Assembly: GCA_029858565.1 (NCBI GenBank)
Contig: JAOUEV010000013.1
Location: 1 to 61,543 of the forward strand
Reading direction: 5' to 3'
DNA length: 61,543 nucleotides
Origin: Nitrospirota bacterium
Lineage (GTDB): Bacteria; Nitrospirota; UBA9217
The notes beneath the pieces are model-generated. The model ran no database searches and was not told the origin of the DNA. It saw nothing but the letters and a program-made list of their open reading frames with translations. The position numbers were made by a program, and so were the translations under genes. Each line of letters begins with the position of its first letter. Position 1 is the stretch's first letter. Positions 9,128 through 18,506 of the stretch are shown piece by piece.

Positions 9128-10057
9128 TTATTCAGCGCTAGAAACAGATTCCATTGCCCTTTCGAACAATTTGGAAAAAGCCTTCACTTTGGTTTTACCA
9201 GGGTCAATCTTATATTCAGCCTGCTTCCACTGCTCGCTATATTTATCCATCTTGATGCCCTTCGGCTGGTTCTTTTCGGCGACAGATTTCGGAAGTTTAA
9301 AAAAGAACGAGAAAGACTTTGACCCGATCCAGTGGATGCCAAACGCATTAAAGAAGCCGTGCTTAAAACCACAGTAGTTCTTGTTGTATTTCATCTCAAG
9401 AGGCCAGCCTTTCTTCTTGACTAGCTTTCCCGTTTCCTCGGCGTAAGCGAGAAAGGCCTTTACGCTATTCTTGTTTCGATATTTCTCGTAGAAAGCGCGA
9501 TCATAGGTTTCAAGTCCTTTAACGGCTGCGGTCTTTTTGCTCTGCTCGGGCTCAAGCTTGTTCACGAGCAAGAAATGATTTGATCCTTCAACCCACCGCT
9601 TTATTTCGATCAGATCGACCTTATAATTGATCGTATTAATGAGCTCCAGCGTCGAACGTTCAATTGATGGGGCAATAATTATGACCCGCACATCATAGTT
9701 GTCCCAATTGACCTCGACTTCATCTTCGCGGCGCGGGGCTTCAAGCCAGAGATTCTTGATGGAATCGGGATTTTTCTGAGCCCAAATACCATAAGCGAGC
9801 ACTTGCGGGATGATGGATGAATTGACGGACACATTCTTCATTTCGATGATACAAACATTGCCCTCGCTGTCTATTCCGATGATGTCGGGAATGCCGGCCT
9901 TTTTACCGCCACGTATTTGGCGCTTGATAAGGATAATATCTTCGAGAATTTCCTTTGATTCAAAGATTACTTTTTCGAAAGCCTCTTCTGTATCAAAAGG
10001 CGTCGAAAGCAAATTAAGCGTTTTGTTTCCCTTCCTCTTCCAGAATAGGTTTGCCAT
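9128..10057 (-). CDS. PD-(D/E)xK nuclease, NucS/EndoMS-like N-terminus with uncharacterised C-terminal domain
   Basis: EEAFEKVI, IPDIIGIDSEGNVCIIEMK, QVLAY; GGAGG RBS before ATG 10057. Confidence 0.7.
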   Translation of the reverse strand: MANLFWKRKGNKTLNLLSTPFDTEEAFEKVIFESKEILEDIILIKRQIRGGKKAGIPDIIGIDSEGNVCIIEMKNVSVNSSIIPQVLAYGIWAQKNPDSIKNLWLEAPRREDEVEVNWDNYDVRVIIIAPSIERSTLELINTINYKVDLIEIKRWVEGSNHFLLVNKLEPEQSKKTAAVKGLETYDRAFYEKYRNKNSVKAFLAYAEETGKLVKKKGWPLEMKYNKNYCGFKHGFFNAFGIHWIGSKSFSFFFKLPKSVAEKNQPKGIKMDKYSEQWKQAEYKIDPGKTKVKAFSKLFERAMESVSSAE

Positions 10058-10096
10058 CTCGCCTCCATCGGCCATTGGACCACGGCCCGGGATCTC

Positions 10097-12763
10097 CTAT
10101 GATTTAAACTGACTCACCAAGCCGCTTATCGACATATTCTCCATGATCACGTCATGGGGGATGAGAACATACTCCCAGGGCTTGCTTCCATTTGATGCAG
10201 CATGATCAGAGGCATGACTACACCATTTTACAGCCGCCGCCTTCTTCGCCAGAACATCTGGGCTTTCCATGTCATTCCGTGCTTTAGGCTCGAGTATATA
10301 GATACATCGATCGGCTTCAGCTACAAAGTCAGGAACATATTCGAGATTCTCGACGCCAAACTTGTAGTAGATCTGAAACTGCCCCTTTGTCGGCCTGAAC
10401 CACTTGAGAACCTCACGGTCCAGGATGACAGCAAGCTTCCGTTCGGTATCAGAATGGAATTTCTGGTAAGGATAGAGGCAATGCTTGAATCCCCCGAATA
10501 CCATTTGTGCCATCCGGCTTTTATCATCGACCGTGTTGCGGAAATCGTAAACAGGACCGCCGTAGGAATACGCGGTGTCCCGGATTTCCTGAAATCCCTT
10601 GCTGACGACCACCTCGTAGTCTACTGCTTTTTCCCACTGATGTGCTTGCATCTGAACATGGATAAACGCGGCCAACTGCTTTTGGTGATAAACCAAGACG
10701 TTCTTGGCATCATCATCCGACAAGTACGAACGCAGATGTTTGACGACCTGGCCGGACAGATCATACAGCAGATCAGCATGCTCATCATAGGAGACGTCGT
10801 CAAAATCTATGAGATTGCGTACAAGATAGTCTTCCATTCGAAGTTCCTGCTGCCTGCTTCCTCCGAATGAAAGCGTCTCCTGCTCATTGGTCCGTAAGGC
10901 CTGTATCAGCAAGTCCCGCTCGACCGGCTGGTAATTGATCCCGGAACAATCGAGTATGAATTTATTGAATCCCGTAGTTGTCTGGCCCTTCGGCACAACA
11001 AGGATCCTAGGGATATCGATCGTCTGTTTGACGACAAGTTCGGCAGTTTTGGCAACGACAGCGGAGATATCAAGAGACTCCTTAACGCCTGGCAATGTTT
11101 GCTGCGCGGAGGCCACCGAGGCAGCAACCTCCTCAGCTATCCTCTTTTGGACCTCAGGTTTCAGAAGATGGCTGGCAGAAGGCAGGTTCTCGTATTTTTT
11201 CATAACACTCACAGCTGCCTGGGCTATCTTCTGCTCAGATTCATTTGCAAAAGCCGGAGCGGCAGGTGCTTCTGTTTGGCCGGCAATCGGCTTTTGCTGC
11301 GCAAGTCCTATTTGAGCTGCAAGATTCGATTGGACAACGAGAGTTTTCAATTTTTGATCCGCAGATGGCTCTAAAATGATCTGTTGCAATCTAATTGCTG
11401 AATCTGGTCTATTGGCCTCGTCGATAATCTCCTGGAAGCGGTCGTGAGCAACGATATTCAGGCGATCCACGCTGCTTACGCCGGTTCGTCGACCGTAAGG
11501 CAGTCGCAAACCGCGCCCGATAGACTGTTCGATAAGGACTCGTGCATTAGCGGCCCGAAGAGGGACGATGGTATAAAGGTTCGTTACGTCCCAGCCTTCC
11601 TTAAGCATGTTAACGTGAATAACGATCTCGGTTGGCTCGTCAGGACTCTCGACCTTCAGAAGGCGCTCGACCATCTCATCTTCCTCGGCCCCGGTCTTAC
11701 TTGAATCGACCTGGATCACCTTATCTTTGTATCGCCCCTCAAAGAACTTATCTGACTTGATGTGCTCGATCAACTTGCTCGCATGGGTTGTATCCCTGGC
11801 GATAATCAACATAAAAGGCTTCACGATCCGCTGGTCGGCCTGTCGGGCATAGGTTTCGAGCTCAACCTTGGTATTCTCATGGATCCGGATGCCATCTTCG
11901 AGCTTGATCTGCTCAATCTGCTCCGGAGAGAACTGCTTGGGATCAAAGTTCTTCTGCGTAACTACAGCCGGCTCTTTAACGAAGCCGTCTTCCATCGCTT
12001 TTGCCAGGGGATAATCATAGATCACGTTCTTGAATTTGAGGGGACCTTTCGGCGTTTCTACAAGGGGTGTAGCCGTCAGCTCAAGGCCGAGAATCGGCTT
12101 GAGTTCGTTGATCGCGCGCACGCCGGCCGATGCGCGATATCGGTGCGACTCGTCCATAATGAGAACAAGATCGTCTAGTCCGGCAAGATATTCGAAATAG
12201 CTTTCTCCAATGTACTCAGAGAGGCGCTTGATACGAGGCGATTTGCCGCCCCTGACCTCGGAATTGATCTTGGAAATATTGAATATATTTACATGGACCG
12301 ACAGATCGATACCGGGCAAGGTAGCGCGTATACCCCGGCCTGACGCATAGTTATCCCCGGTAATGATGCTGGGCGGTTCAACAGCGAACTCAGCGATCCC
12401 CTTGAACACATACTTCGAGGTATTTGGTGTGAAATCAGTAATAAGCTTATTGTAGATCGTAAGATTCGGTGCAAGGACGAAGAAATGGTTGATGTTGTGA
12501 GCAAGATGCAAATAACTGATAAATGCGCCCATGAGGCGTGTTTTGCCGACGCCTGTTGCCAGGGCAAAGCAGAGTGAGGGGAAATCTCGTTCAAAGTCTG
12601 TGACAGTCGGGAATTCGGATTTGATTGTTTCGAGCGCTGCTTGGATGTCGGCTCCCTTGCGAGGTGGTACGATCTCGGTAATACGGTCAAGAATTTCAAG
12701 TGAGCGTCTTTGTGGCTGCCGGAGGCTGAGCCGTCCTGAAATAGCATTCACATGACGGTTCAT
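10097..12763 (-). CDS. res: Type III restriction enzyme, Res subunit
   Basis: ALATGVGKT, MDESHRY, LELTATP, MLKEGWD, QSIGRGLR; C-terminal YVPDFVAE..EPK nuclease; overlaps mod (ATGA). Confidence 0.9.
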   Translation of the reverse strand: MNRHVNAISGRLSLRQPQRRSLEILDRITEIVPPRKGADIQAALETIKSEFPTVTDFERDFPSLCFALATGVGKTRLMGAFISYLHLAHNINHFFVLAPNLTIYNKLITDFTPNTSKYVFKGIAEFAVEPPSIITGDNYASGRGIRATLPGIDLSVHVNIFNISKINSEVRGGKSPRIKRLSEYIGESYFEYLAGLDDLVLIMDESHRYRASAGVRAINELKPILGLELTATPLVETPKGPLKFKNVIYDYPLAKAMEDGFVKEPAVVTQKNFDPKQFSPEQIEQIKLEDGIRIHENTKVELETYARQADQRIVKPFMLIIARDTTHASKLIEHIKSDKFFEGRYKDKVIQVDSSKTGAEEDEMVERLLKVESPDEPTEIVIHVNMLKEGWDVTNLYTIVPLRAANARVLIEQSIGRGLRLPYGRRTGVSSVDRLNIVAHDRFQEIIDEANRPDSAIRLQQIILEPSADQKLKTLVVQSNLAAQIGLAQQKPIAGQTEAPAAPAFANESEQKIAQAAVSVMKKYENLPSASHLLKPEVQKRIAEEVAASVASAQQTLPGVKESLDISAVVAKTAELVVKQTIDIPRILVVPKGQTTTGFNKFILDCSGINYQPVERDLLIQALRTNEQETLSFGGSRQQELRMEDYLVRNLIDFDDVSYDEHADLLYDLSGQVVKHLRSYLSDDDAKNVLVYHQKQLAAFIHVQMQAHQWEKAVDYEVVVSKGFQEIRDTAYSYGGPVYDFRNTVDDKSRMAQMVFGGFKHCLYPYQKFHSDTERKLAVILDREVLKWFRPTKGQFQIYYKFGVENLEYVPDFVAEADRCIYILEPKARNDMESPDVLAKKAAAVKWCSHASDHAASNGSKPWEYVLIPHDVIMENMSISGLVSQFKS

Positions 12764-14391
12764 GATTCATCCTCCTCGTCAAACAATCCCTGTTGCCCCT
12801 TCTTCGGAGGAGCTTTAGGCAGATTCTCAACCTGCAGGCTGTAATCGTCATGCCCCCATTCGCAGCGTTTCAGAACCGTATTCGGGATCTTCTTAATCGT
12901 CAAGTTTGAATACCGATCGGATTTCCCTCGGAATGCAGAGCATAGGACCAGAAGTGACCGCCCCACCCCGACTTCATCGGATAGAGCCTGGAGCTGGTCT
13001 TGGTTCAGGTTCTGGGTCGTGACATAAATGAAATCCTGCTCGTTCGAATGGCCATGCTGCCAGTAGATTGCATCGCTCGGAGCATAGGTGAATCCTTCAA
13101 GTTTGCAAAGAGCTTCTGCCAGCATCGCTGCATTGTACTCTTTATTGATGACCCAGTTACCCCATTTGTCCTTTTCTAGCAAAGATGGTGCAAGGCGGTA
13201 ATATCTGAATCCACCTCCACCCTTCCAGTCTACGGCTTCGGTAATGCCACCTGTGTCCTGACCGTCGATTACCTTTTTCATACGCGGAATGATATGCGTG
13301 TGGCAGTGCTCACCCAGCTCCACCATGATCCAGCGCCGTCCCATCTTATGAGCTACAGCGCCAGTTGTTCCGGAGCCGGCGAAAGAGTCGAGGACGAGAT
13401 CACCTTGTTTGGTAGAAATTTCAAGAACACGTTGAAGCAAACGCTCGGGCTTAGGGGTATCAAAGACATTGCGCGCTCCATACAAACCAATCATTTCTTT
13501 TTTCGCCTCATCTGTATGCCCGACTTCATCATGAGGCCACCAGTTATGTGGCGTCATGCCATCACGCACCTCAGATAAAAATAGTTTTAGTGCAGGAACA
13601 GTGTTACGCCCATCGCGTCCCCACCAAATACGGTTCTCTTCGACGTGACGTTTATGTGTATCAGGGTCATACTTCCAAGCTTTCTTAGTATTTTTAATAA
13701 TATCGCCCGTATTCGGATTGACGATGTCATAGCAAAGATTCCGCCGTTTTTCAGGAGTTGCCTGATTCAGATAATCAACCGCTTTCCACGGCCCACGAGG
13801 ATCATTGTCTGGATTGTTGTATCGCGCCGTAGACTCTTCACTTCTCGGAAGTAAGTTGTTTTGAAACTTATCGCTCTTGGCATAAACGAGTACAAAATCG
13901 CAAATTGTCGCGATTCCTTGATAATTATTGCTGACACTATATTTACGCTGCCATGTAACAGTAGTCTTGTAGTTAGTCCGTCCAAACACCTCATCGCACA
14001 ATACCTTAAGGTAATGGACTTCGTTGTCGTCAATTGTAATCCACAGCGAACCATCCTCCGAAAGCAACTGTCGAATAATCTCCAGGCGGTCCCGCATCAG
14101 CGACAACCAGATCGAGTGCTCAACACCATCATCATAATGCGTGAAGGCACTGCCTGTGTTGTAAGGCGGATCAATGAATATGCACTTCACCTTACCGGCA
14201 TACTCCTGCTCAAGCGCTTTCAATGCCAGCAAATTATCGCCGAAGATCAGTCGGTTATCGAAAATATCTTTCTTCGCCACCCGATGTGGAGCATGATAAG
14301 ACTTCTCTGGGCCTTCAAGCAAAATGCGCGGCTCCAGCTTCGGCCGGTTCTCTTTGCCGATCCATGTTAGTTCAAGTTTTTGTTTTTTCAT
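12760..14391 (-). CDS. mod: Type III R-M DNA methyltransferase, Mod subunit
   Basis: FIDPPYNTG, TPKPERLLQR, DSFAGSGTTG; adjacent to res. Confidence 0.92.
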   Translation of the reverse strand: MKKQKLELTWIGKENRPKLEPRILLEGPEKSYHAPHRVAKKDIFDNRLIFGDNLLALKALEQEYAGKVKCIFIDPPYNTGSAFTHYDDGVEHSIWLSLMRDRLEIIRQLLSEDGSLWITIDDNEVHYLKVLCDEVFGRTNYKTTVTWQRKYSVSNNYQGIATICDFVLVYAKSDKFQNNLLPRSEESTARYNNPDNDPRGPWKAVDYLNQATPEKRRNLCYDIVNPNTGDIIKNTKKAWKYDPDTHKRHVEENRIWWGRDGRNTVPALKLFLSEVRDGMTPHNWWPHDEVGHTDEAKKEMIGLYGARNVFDTPKPERLLQRVLEISTKQGDLVLDSFAGSGTTGAVAHKMGRRWIMVELGEHCHTHIIPRMKKVIDGQDTGGITEAVDWKGGGGFRYYRLAPSLLEKDKWGNWVINKEYNAAMLAEALCKLEGFTYAPSDAIYWQHGHSNEQDFIYVTTQNLNQDQLQALSDEVGVGRSLLVLCSAFRGKSDRYSNLTIKKIPNTVLKRCEWGHDDYSLQVENLPKAPPKKGQQGLFDEEDES

Positions 14392-14401
14392 TTCTTTCGT
14401 T

Positions 14402-16156
14402 TTACGCCTTTACTTGACGTCTAAGATTTTCTACAGCGGCGCGAATAGCGTCAGCATTGGAACATTTTTCAGACCATTCACGCCAGAAGTTCTTTGTCAA
14501 GCTAAGTGGTGTCGCAACTGGTTTATCTAGCTTAATTCTTGAGGGAAGCAATATGGAGTCGCCGAGTACTATCGCCTCACCAATATCGAGAAGTGGCAGG
14601 ACATCGGCTATTCCCGCCATGCTATCGGGCATAACTGATTTCACCGCGGACTGATCCTGCTCATTTGTCAGCCGTAATGCGATAAAATTGTTACACTGAC
14701 TTAAGATTGTTCTGCTCACATCAGATGGGCGCTGGCTAACTACGAGTAGCGCAAAACCATACTTTCTACCTTCTTTGGCGATACGCTCAAAAGTATCAAG
14801 AGCGCGTTTTGATGCAGCATCTGCATCAGCACGAACAGGCAGGTAAAGGTGGGCTTCATCACAGACAAGACAAACCGGTGTTCTCGAAGATGCTTGCATC
14901 CAAAATTGAACATCATACAAAACGCGGGCAAAAACACTTACTACAGTCGGCAGGACATCGGCAGGAACTTCTGAGAAATCGACTACCTTAATGCCTGATG
15001 CGGTCGTGCATGTAGTAGACAGAAAAGTAACTGCCTGACCTTGAAGCCATGTGTAAACATTTGACTCTTTCGGAGGCTGAAACAGAAATCCATAACGGCG
15101 ATCTTCAATTTTAGCTCGCAACCGGCTGATGAAGCGGGTAAGCTTGCCATTCCACTCGCCCTTTCTATCCGTTCCAGCGCGCGCTCCAGGCTCTCGCTCA
15201 TTGTCGAGCCGATCCAATTCTGTTACGACCGAAGCAAGATCGTATGGGATTGGCGAATCAACTGTGAAAGTAGCTTCCACTTCTTTCATTTTCTCTTCCT
15301 GCAATCTCTTTCGCTTACTTTCACCGACCAATCCAGTGAAGATCATCGCTTGATTTGGTGCGTTCTGGTCTGTTCGGTCTAATAACATGGTAAGCATTTC
15401 ATCACGATTAAGAAGCCAGTATGGCAAAAAGAGACTTTCTGGTTTCGGTTTAGCCAAGTCTCCTGGTCCAGCTACCTTAAAATACGCGGCATAGCCATTC
15501 TTTTGTCCTTTCGCGAGAGAAGCATACTCACCATGCATATCGAGCAATATAATATTCGAGTGGTTTAGCGTATTAGCTCTTTCGAGGAGTGCCGCAACTG
15601 TATAACTTTTGCCACTCCCGGTACTCCCTAATATCGCGGCATGTCGTTGAAAAAATCTGTCACCATCGGCGACAGCCTGAGCAGTCGGATCTATTGCGAA
15701 GTGACCCAATTTTAGCGCTTTATCCGTGGGTACATCCTGAGACAATACTCCCATGAACGCAGTTAGATTAGTACCTTGAATAAGGTGAGCAGGCTGATCA
15801 ATCTGTGGACAAGAATCGGCACCGCGTTTGAATGATGGGCCACCAGCACCATCTTTTGATCTATATGTCCCAACGAGGACCGCTCTAATTGTATCCTGAA
15901 TCTCTTCTGCCTGAGGACCAGCTTCCTCTTCGGCTCCTTCAGTCGCGGCAAGTGAATCCGATGGTAGTCGTGTCACGCGTTCTACAATTGAGATCAGAAA
16001 CTGATGACCAGTAGCGCCTTGTATGGCTATCAGGTTTCCTACCATCACTTGCTTGAGTAGTTCGTGGTCGTCAACGTGGATAAATACTCGCATTGTATCT
16101 ACAGACATTACTCTTCCAATTGGTTCCGACTCAAAAGACATTGCTGCATTTGGCAT
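14402..16156 (-). CDS. herA: HerA-family ATPase (Sir2-HerA defence system)
   Basis: HAS-like N-terminus, HAAILGSTGSGKS, LLDMHGEY, CDEAHLY, IAKEGRKYG, VSQRPSDV. Confidence 0.88.
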   Translation of the reverse strand: MPNAAMSFESEPIGRVMSVDTMRVFIHVDDHELLKQVMVGNLIAIQGATGHQFLISIVERVTRLPSDSLAATEGAEEEAGPQAEEIQDTIRAVLVGTYRSKDGAGGPSFKRGADSCPQIDQPAHLIQGTNLTAFMGVLSQDVPTDKALKLGHFAIDPTAQAVADGDRFFQRHAAILGSTGSGKSYTVAALLERANTLNHSNIILLDMHGEYASLAKGQKNGYAAYFKVAGPGDLAKPKPESLFLPYWLLNRDEMLTMLLDRTDQNAPNQAMIFTGLVGESKRKRLQEEKMKEVEATFTVDSPIPYDLASVVTELDRLDNEREPGARAGTDRKGEWNGKLTRFISRLRAKIEDRRYGFLFQPPKESNVYTWLQGQAVTFLSTTCTTASGIKVVDFSEVPADVLPTVVSVFARVLYDVQFWMQASSRTPVCLVCDEAHLYLPVRADADAASKRALDTFERIAKEGRKYGFALLVVSQRPSDVSRTILSQCNNFIALRLTNEQDQSAVKSVMPDSMAGIADVLPLLDIGEAIVLGDSILLPSRIKLDKPVATPLSLTKNFWREWSEKCSNADAIRAAVENLRRQVKA

Positions 16157-17196
16157 TAGAGTACTCCTTTATTGAACCCTTCGAGGTTCCAGAGTTGATC
16201 GTCCACAACAAGTTCCTCTCCGCTAGACGTAATAATACGAGTCCGATAATCCGTCGCCGAAACTGAGGTTAACACAATAACTTCTGAGTCTTTGCTATTT
16301 TCAACTATTTTCATAGCATTGGTTGTTAGCTCCTTTGCTATGATAAGAGTAGGTTTTGTAAGCTTCAATCCGGGACAAACATATTGCTCTAAGTGGTCGT
16401 CGTTAAAACCATAGCCGATAAACATTAAACGAGTTGCATTAGTGGCCGCTTTATTACCCGAAGTTCGTTGTTCATCAAAAGCCCACCGAAAGCTCTCTCG
16501 GTACTTACTCGCGCCGGGAGTAATGATAAGTGGTGCTTTCCCTATATTCACTGGGCACCGCACTAGTTTGCCATCTACTTCAAACCAATCTAAGCTACCA
16601 TGTGGTTTATGTACACAAAGACACCGCAGGGGTCTAAACGCAGCATTTTTCCCAGCATAGTATGCTTCTCTATGAGCATCTGCTGCTTTTCTCGGATCTG
16701 AATGACCATGTAGGTAACCGGTAAACCTAGAATTGACTCCGACTTCAGCTGCTTCTGTTGCAAATTCAATTAAGCGATCATAGTTGGGTGTGATGAGATG
16801 AAACTGCTTACCGGCTCTCATAAGGTGTTTAATAAACGTAGTAAATGGTAGCTGTCGCTCCCCGTTTAATACACGCTTAAATACACTCTGCTCTGCTTCA
16901 AGAATCAAGTCCGTAGTAATGGATACGATTGACTCAACGGTCGTTGATTTCAACGTAACTTTTTCCATTGCAGCTTCAAGATGATCCCCAGCATCTAGAG
17001 ATGCCACAATGGCATCCCAACCGGAGTCTGGCTCTGTCAAGAGTTTCTTGGGCATTTCTGCCTTTAGATATGCTGCAAGTGTTCCCATCCCCGGAACACC
17101 TTCTGCGATTGAAAGACCAGTACCAACAACCATGAGCAAACCCTCTTGAAGATGGTCCTGGAGACTTCTCACAATTGTCGTAATTTCAAGTGGCAT
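16156..17196 (-). CDS. SIR2-family NADase (Sir2-HerA defence system)
   Basis: VGTGLSIAEGVP, ITPNYDRLIE, HKPHGSLDW, FIGYGFNDDHL; translationally coupled to herA. Confidence 0.85.
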   Translation of the reverse strand: MPLEITTIVRSLQDHLQEGLLMVVGTGLSIAEGVPGMGTLAAYLKAEMPKKLLTEPDSGWDAIVASLDAGDHLEAAMEKVTLKSTTVESIVSITTDLILEAEQSVFKRVLNGERQLPFTTFIKHLMRAGKQFHLITPNYDRLIEFATEAAEVGVNSRFTGYLHGHSDPRKAADAHREAYYAGKNAAFRPLRCLCVHKPHGSLDWFEVDGKLVRCPVNIGKAPLIITPGASKYRESFRWAFDEQRTSGNKAATNATRLMFIGYGFNDDHLEQYVCPGLKLTKPTLIIAKELTTNAMKIVENSKDSEVIVLTSVSATDYRTRIITSSGEELVVDDQLWNLEGFNKGVL

Positions 17197-17201
17197 ATTG
17201 C

Positions 17202-18476
17202 TTACGTAAGCTCCTCAGGAGCCTCTAAAGCGTTCAAGCTAAGGCCCTCTATCTCCTGTAAGGTTTTCCCCGCAATGCCCTGCAAGTCGCCGTACATACC
17301 GACGGTTGACTGCATTACTCTACCAATTTGTTCTTCACGCTTTGCCCACTGTTTTGTGATCGCCTTCTTCTCTTTATCAAGATCTTCTTGCATGGATGAA
17401 AACGCTTCCACAATAGCCTGGACTCGCTGACGGAACCGCGGCCCGGTGAGGTATTGATAGACCATCTCAGTCTTTGTCTGCTGGCCTTCAGTAGCTTTTC
17501 TTGCCGCAGCTACTTCGATAAGAGTCTGACGCAAAGTTATCGCCACGGGTAGTGCGGTTTTCGGAGGAGTAACCCATACGCCGTCAACCAGATCAAAAGA
17601 GGCTACGTCCTTCGGCAGTACCTGGCTGACAATCACCGCCATTTCTGCCTTCGCTGTCCGTTGGTCCTCTCGGAGCTTCGGAAGCCAGGTATCGCTCCAA
17701 TTTTTGGTTCGCTTTGATTCCCACAGAATCGTTCCGCACACCTGTCCAAGCGGTCCTACAACACGCTGCAATATATCGCCACCATGCTCTCCCTTGGGTA
17801 CCGGCTCAATGACATCCCGGGGGAATTTAGCCCGAAGCAGTCCTTCAAGCTCCAATTCCTGGACTTCCCCCTGGAGCTGCTGAGACCCTTGCTCTGCTCG
17901 CCGCTTAAGGTCTTCGATCTGTTTTTGCATAGAAGTGATGGTTTGCTCTTTTTCCATCACTTTCAGCTTCATCTGTTCTTCCGTTTCCTTGCGTGCCTGA
18001 TCACGGGTAGCAGTTAATCCCTCCTGGACACGCTTCTCAACGGTCAGCTCCATTTCTCTCTTGGCATCATCAAGCTCGCGCTGTTTGCGGATAAGATCAG
18101 CCTGAGCCTTCTGAGCCTCTCCAAGCTTTTCATTCTGTTGTTTAAGGATATCTTGAAGGTCGCAAACTTCCTTGTTCTTCTGCTCAAGGTCATTGCCTAT
18201 CGCAAGTTTTGCTTTTTTCGCCTCCTCTGAGGCGATCTTTATGCGTTCTTGCTTCAGTCTTTCCGCGATTTGGTCGTCAATGCTTTCCCTTGCCTTAGAA
18301 AGGGCTTCTTCTTTTTCACGAAGAGAAGACTCTCGTTTTTCAATGTCCGCATCCTTTTTAGCCAAGCGCTGCTCAAAATCCCGTCGAGTTGACTCGATCA
18401 ACGGAGCCGCAAGCGATTCGGTCAGCTTAATCTCAGCATTACACTTCGGACATTTGATTGTAGGTTCGGTACTCAT
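17202..18476 (-). CDS. DUF2130-family coiled-coil protein
   Basis: IKCPKC Zn ribbon, long coiled coil, SQQLQGEVQELELE, ILWESKRTKNWSDTWLPKLREDQR. Confidence 0.85.
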   Translation of the reverse strand: MSTEPTIKCPKCNAEIKLTESLAAPLIESTRRDFEQRLAKKDADIEKRESSLREKEEALSKARESIDDQIAERLKQERIKIASEEAKKAKLAIGNDLEQKNKEVCDLQDILKQQNEKLGEAQKAQADLIRKQRELDDAKREMELTVEKRVQEGLTATRDQARKETEEQMKLKVMEKEQTITSMQKQIEDLKRRAEQGSQQLQGEVQELELEGLLRAKFPRDVIEPVPKGEHGGDILQRVVGPLGQVCGTILWESKRTKNWSDTWLPKLREDQRTAKAEMAVIVSQVLPKDVASFDLVDGVWVTPPKTALPVAITLRQTLIEVAAARKATEGQQTKTEMVYQYLTGPRFRQRVQAIVEAFSSMQEDLDKEKKAITKQWAKREEQIGRVMQSTVGMYGDLQGIAGKTLQEIEGLSLNALEAPEELT

Positions 18477-18506
18477 ATTCTGCTCCCTAAACACACGACA
18501 ACATGC

